A program made the position numbers and the translations under genes. A stretch of 64,000 nt of DNA from a virus, in the IMG/VR virus record IMGVR_UViG_3300020463_001735, positions 16,187 through 80,186 of that record; one strand, given 5' to 3'. Every line of letters begins with the position of its first letter. The first letter of the stretch is position 1. Below the pieces are notes generated by a model, which saw only the letters and a program-made list of their open reading frames with translations, was not told the DNA's origin and made no database searches. Of this stretch, positions 19,826-31,900 are shown piece by piece.

Positions 19826-21328
19826 TTATACTTTCAACACACATTCAATCAATTTTTCCGATTCATCGTCACTTGATTCTAATGCTATGCCAACCATTGC
19901 CGTTGTATGGATTGTAGAACACACGCCGTCTTGCCATGCATATATTGGTTGTCCTTTTGCTACAATACCTTTTACTCTAACAGGAACACGACCTTTTAAT
20001 GCAATATATTGTCCATCAGATTCTGAATTCATCATTAAACCTGGATCTGTTGATACTACACCAATACAAATATCACTTACCTTAGCTGGTTCTATTTCAT
20101 GATCTGGATGACTGCATACTGCTACTGCTGTTCCTGCTGGTAATTCTTCTTTTGTAGTATATTTTTCTGCAAGGTCAGCAAAACGTGAACTTGTAGCAAT
20201 GCCGTCAAATACGTTTGCTGTAATATTTCCACTTGCGTTTCTGCATGCAATAGTGTTTGGTAATGTTGTAGACACAGAAGCAGCTCTATAACTGCCGCCA
20301 TCTACTTGTAATGTGTTGGCCTGAGTTGCTGTTCCTGTAAATGTTGTGGCAAATACATTATTAAATGTGTCTGTAGCAGAACCTATTGTAACAGTTTGTA
20401 TTGAAGTACCGTCTGATTGTAATCCTGGCAACAATGCAAGTGTAGCATCTGCTTGGACACGTAAGATATTTTCTGTTGTTCCACTTAATGGCTTTGCACT
20501 TAATTTAATAGTTTTGCCTACTTCGTTTGCAATACTACCTTCATTATCATTAATAATTTTAATTTTTAGATCACTACTATCACCTATAGCAATACCTACA
20601 TCAGCAAAACTTGTCAATGTTGTAAATGCCGCTAATCCAGTTTGTACAAAATTCGATGCTTCTATACCGCCTAATTTATCAGCATTTGTTGCTGTACCGT
20701 GAAATCTATGTCCTGTAGTAGTAACGCCGTTTGCACTATTTTGTGTATTTTTAAGTGTTAATCCTCTTCTAATGACATCATATCCAGTAATAGCATTTTC
20801 AGCATCAGTTGAATCAATAGTAAATTGTATTGCACTTATTGTAAATATTACTTCATCATTTACAGTGGCTGCAATTATAGATCTATTTGTTCCACCATCA
20901 TCACGCACTGTTTTGGATTGCATTTGAGTAATACCAGATCCTGCGTCTTGTGGTCCAACTAGGATAAAATCTGTTCCGTTATAGGCATATAATTGTTCGT
21001 TGGCAGTATCCCACCAAAAGTCGCCAGCCTTTAAGCCAGTTGGGGCACTTGCACTGACCTCGGCACCGCCTGTGGTACGCCATTTTGTTCCATCATAAAA
21101 CTTTAATTTTGAATTTCCGCTATCAAACCACATTTGTCCTGATATAGCTTTTGGCGGAGCATTTGCACCGCTAAAATTTTCTAGTAAGAATACAAAATTT
21201 TCATTTTGTATTTCTCCATAACCTGCATAGTTTTTTCCAACTAGTTTAAGGTCAGTGGTTTGATCTAGAGTACCGTCTTCGACTGTACTCAGTGTTGCAT
21301 TGTTGTATCTGTTTATCGTATATGCCAT
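19826..21328 (-). CDS. Tail fibre with C-terminal autocleaving chaperone (peptidase G2/IMC-like) domain
   Basis: Shared fibre N-domain (NENF..LLENF, GQMWFD); C-terminal ADLAEKY...GVVST...IALKGRVPV. Confidence 0.75.
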   Translation of the reverse strand: MAYTINRYNNATLSTVEDGTLDQTTDLKLVGKNYAGYGEIQNENFVFLLENFSGANAPPKAISGQMWFDSGNSKLKFYDGTKWRTTGGAEVSASAPTGLKAGDFWWDTANEQLYAYNGTDFILVGPQDAGSGITQMQSKTVRDDGGTNRSIIAATVNDEVIFTISAIQFTIDSTDAENAITGYDVIRRGLTLKNTQNSANGVTTTGHRFHGTATNADKLGGIEASNFVQTGLAAFTTLTSFADVGIAIGDSSDLKIKIINDNEGSIANEVGKTIKLSAKPLSGTTENILRVQADATLALLPGLQSDGTSIQTVTIGSATDTFNNVFATTFTGTATQANTLQVDGGSYRAASVSTTLPNTIACRNASGNITANVFDGIATSSRFADLAEKYTTKEELPAGTAVAVCSHPDHEIEPAKVSDICIGVVSTDPGLMMNSESDGQYIALKGRVPVRVKGIVAKGQPIYAWQDGVCSTIHTTAMVGIALESSDDESEKLIECVLKV

Positions 21329-21364
21329 TTCTTATAACCCCTAATACATAATGTATTTATTCGT

Positions 21365-23281
21365 TTACGGTGTATATGTGTTTGTGCTTGTATGTGTCCA
21401 TGCTCCACCTGATACAGTAAACACCATTGTGTATCTGTTTGGAGTTAGGGTAGCGTTACCGCTTGCCGCAGAAAATGTCACGTCTTGCACAACTGATTGT
21501 GCATTTACTACATTATTTTTATCTACTGATACAGTAGATTTACTCATAGCGGCGTTAATATCAATACCACTAACTGATGCTGAACTATAATCAACTGCGT
21601 GTATCACTGCTTTTGCACCATTAGTTAATGTTTTAACACCCGCTGTATACATTGCTGTAAGTATAGCAATAATATTAGTTGTAGGTCCATCACCTGTTCC
21701 TGGTGGGTTTGGTGATGTCAAACCTGTAATATCTAAACTTAAAACTAGTGGTTCAATTTCCCTTGCATTATCGGTATAACCTTTAGTAGCTACGTGGCTG
21801 TCAGCTGTAGGTGATGCTACACCCGTAATTTTTTGCGTGTTAACAGCGATATCGCCACTTGTTGAAATCGATAATCCACTTGTTGATGTAATAGTTGAAC
21901 CGTTTATATTAATATTATCAACATCTAGTTGTGTCAAAGTGCCTAGTCTTGTTAAGCCGGTTGCTTGTGTTACTGTGTTATGTAATTCTGTATCAGAAAG
22001 TTTTTTTACTCCCTTGATATGATATGCAGGATTTCCTATTGTATCAGTAGCGGCTAAATCTACATTTTGATTAAATGTCCACGCTGATGTTGCATTACGC
22101 CATAAAATATCCTTAGATCCGGTTATACTATTTAAAATTACGCCTCCTTGGTCTATGGCGGCGTCAGTAGGAAGTGTACTATCGCTTGTAATACCTAGTT
22201 CTAAATTTTTTCCTTCAATCTTAAAATTAGATACATCAAATGAAAGTGTAGTACCTGTTACAGTTAAATTTCCTACAACGTCTAAATTTCCGCTTATTTT
22301 ACCATTACCTGTAACATCTAATGCCGCTGTAGGAGTTGAATTAAAAAAACCAAGGTACTGATTTGTAGAATCTATATAAAGAGCACTGTTAGTAGAGTTC
22401 CCTACTCTTATTCTCATATCAATATCGGAATCACCTGCTTGATTTTCAAATACTGTTGTTGTACCATCTATTTTTATAGCATGATATTTAGTATCTCCTA
22501 CACCAATAGCAAGTCCACCACTGTTTTTAACAAACAAACTTCCTGTCATATTTTGGTTACCAGTGGTGGCAACAAATTTTGACACATCATATTTTGTGCC
22601 AGCACCATCTACTAATGCATCTGCAGACTCTGCAGTTCCGTTGTATTTGTAAATTTCTCCTGTAGGATTGACAGGATTAAATCCAACTTTAATTAATTGT
22701 CGTTGCGGTGATTGAGAATCATTTGCATCTACAGGATATCCTGGTATTTCAAAATTATTACCTGGACGAAATTGTACACGAGAATGCACACCTGCAAGTA
22801 CACCTCCAACGAATAGTTTAAGTACTGTTCTTGTAACGTTACCATCATCAACAACACTATCTGCTTCGAATCCTGTTTTCCCTTGCCTCTGTGTGTACAT
22901 AGGTCCCACAAGTACAAGATCTGTTCCATCATAGAAATATAGTCTATTCTTAGCATCATCTATCCATAAATCACCAGCTACTAAATTTGTAGGCTCTTGG
23001 TTACTTACAATTGGTCCGCCTGCTACTTTCCAAGCACTACCATTAAAAATTTTTAATCTTGCACTTGCTGTGTCATACCATAATTGTCCTTTCAACGGGT
23101 TTGTTGGTGCACTACTGCTAGAAAAGTTTTCAAGCATTTTAATATAATTTTCATTGATGAATTCACCAAAACCTTTATAGTTTCTTCCCACTAATGTAAT
23201 GTCAGTGCTTGTTGTATCAATAGAACCATCTACAAGCGTTACTAAAAGCGTGCCATCTGTTTTGTTTAGAATGTAACTCAT
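21365..23281 (-). CDS. Tail fibre protein
   Basis: Same N-domain as its neighbours; ATKGYTD fibre motif. Confidence 0.7.
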   Translation of the reverse strand: MSYILNKTDGTLLVTLVDGSIDTTSTDITLVGRNYKGFGEFINENYIKMLENFSSSSAPTNPLKGQLWYDTASARLKIFNGSAWKVAGGPIVSNQEPTNLVAGDLWIDDAKNRLYFYDGTDLVLVGPMYTQRQGKTGFEADSVVDDGNVTRTVLKLFVGGVLAGVHSRVQFRPGNNFEIPGYPVDANDSQSPQRQLIKVGFNPVNPTGEIYKYNGTAESADALVDGAGTKYDVSKFVATTGNQNMTGSLFVKNSGGLAIGVGDTKYHAIKIDGTTTVFENQAGDSDIDMRIRVGNSTNSALYIDSTNQYLGFFNSTPTAALDVTGNGKISGNLDVVGNLTVTGTTLSFDVSNFKIEGKNLELGITSDSTLPTDAAIDQGGVILNSITGSKDILWRNATSAWTFNQNVDLAATDTIGNPAYHIKGVKKLSDTELHNTVTQATGLTRLGTLTQLDVDNININGSTITSTSGLSISTSGDIAVNTQKITGVASPTADSHVATKGYTDNAREIEPLVLSLDITGLTSPNPPGTGDGPTTNIIAILTAMYTAGVKTLTNGAKAVIHAVDYSSASVSGIDINAAMSKSTVSVDKNNVVNAQSVVQDVTFSAASGNATLTPNRYTMVFTVSGGAWTHTSTNTYTP

Positions 23282-25302
23282 TACGCACTCCTACCTGTAT
23301 AAATGATATACTTCATACTCATATAAGGATTCATTACATCTAACGGGTCGCCGTCACCTCCGTCAAGAACACCACCACTTGTTAATATACGTTGGCTATT
23401 TTGTTGTGACGCAATATCAACTGTTGATCTTTGAATTCCAGTTAGTAACGTATCTCCTGTGTTTATTTCTCGCACTGCATAAAATTGTTCTCCTGTAGGC
23501 GAACGTAGATCATGTTCATGCTCAGGTAAATTTTTTGTTGTAACAGTTTTAGTTTCGCTTCCGCCTATGCCGCCTAATGTGTCTGCTGAGTTGTTAGTGA
23601 CTGTATTTGCACTTACACCATTCATGTTATCTAATCCTAAAGGAAATCTACCTCTTAAATCCGGCACAGCAAATTTTCCAGATTCTGGAGAATCTTTAAA
23701 TGAAAAAAGAATAGCATCATATAAAGCCTGATACTCTGCTATAAGATACTCTGCTCCGTCACATAGCAACCAACCTGCAGGAGTAGCTATACCTGCATAT
23801 GGCACAATCACACCCGGCGGATTTGTTGGTACAGCTTTTAACAAATTACGTCTTGATACTTTTTTAAGTCCTGTCTGGCCTGACGTTCTATTAATTAATA
23901 TTTCATCATCTACTTGTGTTTCTGTAACACTTGTTTTGTTTGAAACAATAGTATTACTAATACTTGTTGTAAATGTTTTTACACTTCCGCCAACTTGTCC
24001 ATCAAATACAAAATCGTCAGCACTTACATCACCTGTCAACCTAAATGTTGTTGAACTTGTTAATTTATCTGCAGATCCTGCTCTACCGGATACAGTACCA
24101 CTTACATTTCCTGTAAGGTTTCCAATAAATGTTGTAGCATACATAGTCTTATATTTGTTTAATGCAGCTCCTATATTTCTAACGTTACTTTGATCAGGTT
24201 CAATATTACGTGTGTTTAAAGTATTTTCTAGTTCTGTTTGGCCACCTACAAATAAATTTTTTGCTATACCTACACCACCTTTGATAATTGCACTACCTGT
24301 ACCTATAGTTGTTGCATCTGTCGTATCATTTATTTTTAACACACCACTTTGTTGTATGTTACCTGTAACATCTAATGCTTCTTCTGGTGCTTCGTTGTTG
24401 ATACCCACTTTTAGATCACTATCAACTCTCACTACAGTTTTAGAAGTACCAGCATTTTTTACTCTTAAGTCAATGTTAGACCCTGCAACTTGATGTTGTA
24501 ATATACCAGCATTTCCTTCAATACCTATATTCATTTCTGAATTGATACCATAATTAATACCTGCGTTATTTTGAACATTAAGTCCATTTAATGTTGTGCT
24601 TACAATATCGCTTCTTAAAAAATTTCCTGCACTAACATTAACATTGTTTACAATTAAAGATTCTGCTTTTTCTGCTGTTCCGTAAAATTTTGCTGCACCG
24701 TCTCCTTTTATATCCCTAGAAGATAACGTAACACCTGGTTTAATCACAGTAAAACCTGGTATAGTTGTTTTAGGTGTAAATTCGTCCGTAGCAATTATTG
24801 CAATAGGTTGTGCATCCACTTCTATCTGTACAACATTATAAACAAGATTATCAGTTCCAGTCAGCGATACTGGTATAGGTCCTGTGTTAAGGCCATCACT
24901 AAATGTGGGGCCTACAAGCACCCACCCAGATCCGCTAAACAAGTATAACTGTTGGTTATCTGTGTCAGTCCATAAATCGCCTATTTGACTGTTCGCCGCT
25001 TCTGGTTCTGTTGTTCCTCTAATAATACCACCTACAGGAACCCAATCAGGAAGATTGTATACCTTAAGTTGTTCTTTTCCTGGAGTGCTATCATACCAAA
25101 GTTGACCTTCAACAGGGTTGCTAGGTTGTGTGGCACTTGCAAAATTTTCTAACAGATGCAAAAAGTTTTCTGCAATAGCAGTACCATATGCAGTTGTGTT
25201 TCTACCAGGAATTTTTAAATCTGTTGTTGTGTTAAGAGTGTTATCCTCAATAGTAATAGTGCCTTTGTTGGCCTGGTCTGTATATGCAATAGTATAAGCC
25301 AT
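23281..25302 (-). CDS. Tail fibre with tail-collar domain (gp10/gp12-like C-terminus)
   Basis: PGVIVPYAG...GWLLCDG...VPDLRGRF...PEHEH...YII collar signature. Confidence 0.85.
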   Translation of the reverse strand: MAYTIAYTDQANKGTITIEDNTLNTTTDLKIPGRNTTAYGTAIAENFLHLLENFASATQPSNPVEGQLWYDSTPGKEQLKVYNLPDWVPVGGIIRGTTEPEAANSQIGDLWTDTDNQQLYLFSGSGWVLVGPTFSDGLNTGPIPVSLTGTDNLVYNVVQIEVDAQPIAIIATDEFTPKTTIPGFTVIKPGVTLSSRDIKGDGAAKFYGTAEKAESLIVNNVNVSAGNFLRSDIVSTTLNGLNVQNNAGINYGINSEMNIGIEGNAGILQHQVAGSNIDLRVKNAGTSKTVVRVDSDLKVGINNEAPEEALDVTGNIQQSGVLKINDTTDATTIGTGSAIIKGGVGIAKNLFVGGQTELENTLNTRNIEPDQSNVRNIGAALNKYKTMYATTFIGNLTGNVSGTVSGRAGSADKLTSSTTFRLTGDVSADDFVFDGQVGGSVKTFTTSISNTIVSNKTSVTETQVDDEILINRTSGQTGLKKVSRRNLLKAVPTNPPGVIVPYAGIATPAGWLLCDGAEYLIAEYQALYDAILFSFKDSPESGKFAVPDLRGRFPLGLDNMNGVSANTVTNNSADTLGGIGGSETKTVTTKNLPEHEHDLRSPTGEQFYAVREINTGDTLLTGIQRSTVDIASQQNSQRILTSGGVLDGGDGDPLDVMNPYMSMKYIIYTGRSA

Positions 25303-25305
25303 TTA

Positions 25306-25920
25306 TTATCCCTCGTTGAATCCTGTTAAACTTTGAACTCTTACTGTATAATCAATTTGTACTAGTCTGTTCAAACTTTTTTGTACAGGATGAAATACAA
25401 CATGTGTTAACAATCTACCATTACCATCTTCCGCATATGCTTTTAAACCTAATTCATCAAATACGTATAAAGAATTTTGATCTGTAGCTGTATCAAATGC
25501 ATCTTGTCCGGCAGGTTCACCGTAATCAAGTAGACATGTAACTAATACATCTGTATAATTAGTACCACTAATATGTCTGGTTTCTATTTTATTACGAACA
25601 GGATCAATGTTTGACACGCTCCTATCATCTACAACTTTTTTAAAAGTTTGATTGTATAAACTTGCATTTGTTCCTGTACTGTTAGGTGTAAGATATGTAA
25701 TTATTCCTGTAGGATCTACACTAGTGCCACCATTTCCAAACGCCATTTCGTGTATCCAACCGTTTCCGCTATTTCCTAAACTTTCAGCGAGAGATAAACT
25801 TATGTTTTCATAATGTATAGCATTACGTTTATCTATAATGACTTGTCCACTTTCAGGATCATAAATTTTAATATGTCCTTGTATATACACACCTTGATGT
25901 TCGTTTATTTTATCTGTCAT
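25306..25920 (-). CDS. Putative baseplate or tail structural protein
   Basis: Lies between the giant baseplate protein and the fibres; FDELGL...HPVQKS motif; late TAAATA upstream. Confidence 0.5.
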   Translation of the reverse strand: MTDKINEHQGVYIQGHIKIYDPESGQVIIDKRNAIHYENISLSLAESLGNSGNGWIHEMAFGNGGTSVDPTGIITYLTPNSTGTNASLYNQTFKKVVDDRSVSNIDPVRNKIETRHISGTNYTDVLVTCLLDYGEPAGQDAFDTATDQNSLYVFDELGLKAYAEDGNGRLLTHVVFHPVQKSLNRLVQIDYTVRVQSLTGFNEG

Positions 25921-25939
25921 TTTGTTTTCCTACATGTAT

Positions 25940-28900
25940 TTATCGCGGCAAGTCAGTTGTTGAATTCCTTAAGAAACGAGCTATATTTCCTTTTGCTTTA
26001 CTTAGCTGTGTTCCTAAATCGCTCCAAGTTCTTCCTTGCTTTCTAATTATAATTACTTTGCTATTTTCTGGTGCAGATTGTGCAAGAGAAAGTGTTGTAC
26101 CTGATACAGTAAACTCTGGTGGAAGTGTTTGATCACCTTCTGGTGAATCCATTTGTGGAGCACTTACTGTGTTTCCACTTCCGTCAACTGTTTCAAATGT
26201 ATAACTATCAATACTATTCTTTCTCATACGCTTGCCTGCAACAAAAACTTCAAATTCGTTTACACTTGTAGGTGTCCAATCTAGTTGAAAATCTGTAGTA
26301 GTTCCGTCACCGTCTAGTGTAAGAGTAATAGTTTCATCTTTGTAAGGAATATTTTGATCTATACCTTGTTGATATATTTCTGTGCCTTCTTTATATACAT
26401 CCTTTGCACCTGTACCCATTGTAGCTCTTCTAAGTTGCTTGAGTGTATTTCCGTCTCTTACAAAATATTCAATACGTTCACCTTCAATAAAAATAATACT
26501 TGGCATATCAGGATTATCATTAGGTTGAGGTAGTTTATCGCCGTTTTCAACTTCTATAGTCTTATCCCATGGATATAAATCTCTTACAAGTAAAATATTT
26601 TCTGCTCCTGTGAGCCTTTTGTAGTGTGTCCTGTTAAGTATATCTTTAAACTGTCTCCAACCAAACTTTTGTATCAACGGTGGGTCAGCAAAATGTATAA
26701 TATCTATAGTGTCATTTTCTAATAAGTCATATGCAATTTTTATATATTTCTTATTATCTGTTACAAAGTAATCAACACTAGGTGTTAGCAGTATTCCATT
26801 TTTTACTACCCAAACATACTGAGCATCAGTAGCCGGTTTGCGTAATTCAATTAAGCCATTTCTTAAATGCCTTAGGTTATACCAACTAGCAGAGCCTTGT
26901 GTTAATTTAGTTCTTTCTACAATGTCAAATTCTTGTCTTTCTATTCCCTGTGCTTCATCGTTATTAAATGTATACACAGTAATAATATCACTTGACTCAT
27001 ATACATTATCCATGTATATCGTTCCAGGAGTGCTTATAAATTCACCTGCACTATCCCAATATCCATATGCATATTGTCCATCTTTAATTGCATATACTCT
27101 TAGCGTATCACCAGTTTCGCCTACACCAGGCAACAATGTTATTGTTGAACCTATTTGTTGATCGGGTACTGAAGAAATGTCAAATTCTCCGGCACTAACA
27201 TAATTCCATTGTACTCCATACGTAAGTTCAATATCATTCAAATATACTAACAAATCCTGATGATTGAATGTACCTAAAGGCACTTGCCATAAATCTAATC
27301 GATATTCTCTTACATCGGAAACAGCAAAATGTTGACTATATCCTGCTGTTAAGATAGTGTTATTAACTTTGACAATAGTATTATGTTGACTAGGTGTGCC
27401 ACTAAATGGAGTCTTTTCTAAAGTATATGTAAGCGAACTGCCATCTCCTATAAATGTATCAATCTGTACTGCACTATAGTTTTGTGTAGTGCCTTCGAAT
27501 ATTCCAAAATTAATTATTTTATCATTAGCAACAGGTGTTGCAAAACGTATTACAACATTTCCAGGCATATCGTGGGCACTGTCATCACTTTTAATAAGTA
27601 AAGTATCTTGTGTAACACCGTCAATAGTAGCATAATGTGTCATATTCTCTGTCCAACGAATATTTGTAAGATAATCTATTGTGCTACCATCGCCAACAAA
27701 AGTTCCATAATCTAAAACATTTTTTCCTGCTACATCTAAAGTTATGATATTTACTTTTGTATTTGCAGTAGGAGCAACATCTAAAATAATACTTTTTCTA
27801 TCTATAGAAAATATATAATCTTCCTTTGTTTTAATCTCGTTGCCTACCTTTAAAAATAGGTTATTATTAAAAGCAATATTTTGTCCAATTGCAAAAGTTT
27901 TTGTACTTCCGTCTCCAAGATAATTAAAACTTCTAATATTACTTGAACCACCTGTTGGTCTTTCGTATACTTGTATATCCACTGTATCTAAAACTTGTCC
28001 TGGAATAATTTCTTCCGGGCCTTTACTTGTGGTAGGAGTTACAAAGCCATCTCCATCTACAGTTATATCTTCTGCAGATAATCCACTAGCTGTTGTATAA
28101 GGAAAATCTCCGCCTTCTATTAATGTATCGTAACCATTAGGATCTGCTAAGAAACTTCCATCACTTGTTTTTTTACGTATTACAAGTGTATCTCCATCTG
28201 CTACTTTTATACCTAAGTTATCAAGATTAAGTATTTTTAAAGACCCGTCGCCGACAAGCGTTTCAATTATAGCGTTAGAATTTTCTATAAATGTACTACC
28301 ATCATAATTTGGATCGTCTATACGTACATTATTTTTGTAAACATTATATTCTACACCACTTTCTAAAGGTTTAGACAGTTCTATTAGTAGAGTGCTACCA
28401 TCAAAGTTAAATACTTCGTCTTCATAGGTATCATCATATGTATCCCATTTTCCGGTAAACCAACCTTCAGCATCAAATCCACCCTGATTTTCAAATCCAA
28501 AACTTTTTACTTCTACTCCACCATAATCTATACCATCCATTACTTGTGAAATATCTTTTCCTAACATACCAGTGGTAGGATCATAAAGTAAATTAACCCT
28601 GTCTTGTGCCACTAGTAAATCAGGATCTTTTTTGTATTCTATAGTAATAGCTTTTGTATCTGCAGGAGGAGTATCAAGTGTTATACGTCCTTTGAATCTT
28701 ACATAAGATTTTGTGTTATCTTGTAAATTAGTATAGGTATATTGACTATTTAAAAGCTCAGTACCACCAACTGTAATTTTTATGTTTGCAGGTTTTACAT
28801 CTATTGGCCACTTCAAATCAAATACATATTTGCTACCTGTACCAACAAAACTTTCGCTTTCATTTAACTTTGTAATTATGAAACTAGAGCTAATCCTATC

Positions 28901-31900
28901 AAATTTTACCCTTGTTAAAAAACTTCTAACAGTTTGATGACCAATTACTGCACTTATCTTTGCATCAGTTCCGTCTGGGTTGCTTCCATTTATATCTAAA
29001 GTAGGTGCACCAATGTAACCACTTCCTTCATTTACAACTTCGATTTTTACTATCTTTCCGTTAACACCTAAATAACTTTTAAATTTAGCACCTGTGCCAC
29101 CGCCTCCAACTGCTGTGATTACAGGTGGCTCAGTATATTTAGAACCGCCATCATAAATGTTTACGCTTTTAATTTCATAACTTGCGTTATCCAGCCAATG
29201 TCTATAAGGATATGTTGTAATATCTGATTCTGTACCAACTATCATATCCTGTAGTACTTGTGAAGGATGAGGTTGTATACCCCTACCTTCAACATATCTA
29301 GGTGCTAAATCAAAATCTGTAATCACTGTATTAGTAGGTTCTATCTTTTCATAACTAGAAAGATATTCACGTAATTTTGTTTTAAATGGTTTTACTTCTT
29401 CTAAATAATCCTCATAACTAGGTAAATTATCATTGTTAAATGTTATATCTTCTCTAAGTGTTCCAACATTATGTTGAGCTTTTACAAAACTAGTTTTAAA
29501 TGCCCAATCAATATAAGGTTGTTCACTAAATGCATATCTTATACTAGCAAAAAACAGTTGGTTATATTCTTCTTCAAGTTCTACAGTGAATATATCATCA
29601 CGTATTACTTCAAATATTCTACGTTGTTCTACTGTAGGTTGTGCATCATAAAACTGAACATCAAAACTTATACTATCAAACCCATTCAAATTAGCAGTAA
29701 CATCATATAAACCACGCTTAAATTGTATGGTTCCATTCTGTCTACCTATTGTTTTATAATTCACTGTGTAATCAGTTGTTATTTGTTCATCTATTTTTTG
29801 CAACAACAACCAACCACCTGTGCCTATAGTGCTTATTTTAACAATGTCACCAACTGAATCATTAAGTGGTTCTAATTGATAAGAATAATCAATTAAATAA
29901 TCTATATCAATTGTTTCATTAACACCTGTAGCGTACCAATCTGCATACTCCCAATATAGCGTTGTATTGTATGCTTGGCTTTTGATTCTGTTCCAGCTGT
30001 TTGTTTCGCTTAGTCTTTCGTAAATGGACCATTTTCCGTTAATAGTTTCATCTGCTTTTACAAGTGCCGCAAACTTTCTTACTTCTATAGTAGTAGCATC
30101 TTCATAATTTTGTCCTTGATTATTCACAACCACAGTTGTAATTTGGCCTGCATTATCTATTGTAAATGTAAAATCTGCACCTTCTCCGCTATCTCCTCTA
30201 ATAGTGTAGGTAGGCGAAACTAGATACCCTCGTCCAGGATCAGTAATAGTTACTCTTACTATTTTTCCATCCTCTATCACAGGAGTTAGAATTGCTTGTT
30301 TACTTTTTGCTACACCAATAAGTTCAATTTCTGCAAAAGTGTCTACAGATGTATCATATAATCTAGAAATAGTGCTTGGAAAATCTTCTTTATAATCTAA
30401 GCCCGTTAAGTTTTTATTTTCTACAATTAAATTTTTTATAAGCACACTGTTAACACGTTCAATGGTTTGTTTCATTGCTTCTGTGCTGTTAACAAATATA
30501 CTCTGTCTAGGTGTATTTAATATTCCATATTTCTTTTTTGCACCTAATGTAGTATCTGGTACTGGTCTGTTGTTTGTATCGTATCCTATTAAACTATCAA
30601 ACCATTTTCTTTCAATATCTCTATTAGGTTTACTGCTTGCAAGACCATCTGTCAAAATTTGATATTGATTATGCACGTTTGTATCTTGATTATCTAATGT
30701 ATAGTACTGTACACTGATTGCAACATCTTTTCCTGAAATAAGTGTATCGCAATTATTAATTGCAAATTGATTGTTACTAAAGAAACTAACAAATTTATAT
30801 CCATATGAATAAGGATCTGTAATTAATTGTGCAGTGTTAAAAGCACTTTCATTTCTAAATTCATTATTAGGTATAGTTTTCTTATCTTTTACCCAATAAA
30901 AATACTTGTCTACAGAACTTTGGCTTATACTATCATATACTTTTTTAAGAACATAGTTTGTAGTGCTTTTTGCTTGGCCACTAATTCCCTGTGATAACCC
31001 ATCATTTGTATCAGCTTGTGCATTCCATAACTCAGGAGTAAGTGTAGACTCTATCCATTCATATACATCTATCGATGCACCACTAAAAAGTTTGTTCCAA
31101 TTATTTGTACTGTATGTAACGTCATTTTGATAAGGATTTAAAAATTTTGCATTGTTTAAATCCCACCATAATTGTCCTACTTGTTCTGTGCCCCATGTGT
31201 TTAAGTTATCTACTACCACATTTGTACCTGTTGTGTACGTAGCAGGGTCATAGTATGTTTTGTATCTTAGTTCTTGTTCTGCTACTCCTGCAATTTTTCC
31301 TTGCAAGACATCAATATAATCTAAGTATGCAAGTAGCTCTTTTGTTTTTGTATCATACAAAATAACTTTTTTAATTTTATTAAGATCTACAGGATCTTTG
31401 GGTGTTCTAATATTATCATATACTGATCCTTGTATACTATAATCAACAAATGCTCCTAATTTACTTGCAGTTTCTAATCTAGGTAATCCGACATACACAT
31501 GATTTCCTCTTGCCTCTACATTTCTACCAAAATAATCTACATTTGCATTGTTTAATTGTATAATATCAGCATACAATAATTTTCCATTAAGATTTTCATA
31601 AACATAAACTACACCATCATCTACATTTGTTTTTCTAAACTTAGTAAAGCTATTATCAAACGTAGTTGGCGATCCAGTTGGAGGACTTGTAGGATCGTTT
31701 GTGTATGCAGATCCTATTTTTTTAATACTAAATACGTCTATTGTAGATTCAAAAATACTGTCTGCATTTTTACTACCAACAGCAAGCACATTTCCTGTAT
31801 ATGACACTGTTGTTCCAAATTGTTCTGCCCTTTCATTTTTTGGGCTATATAAATTTTGATCTAATACAAATTTTCCGTTTTGTTGTCTGTAAATATATAC

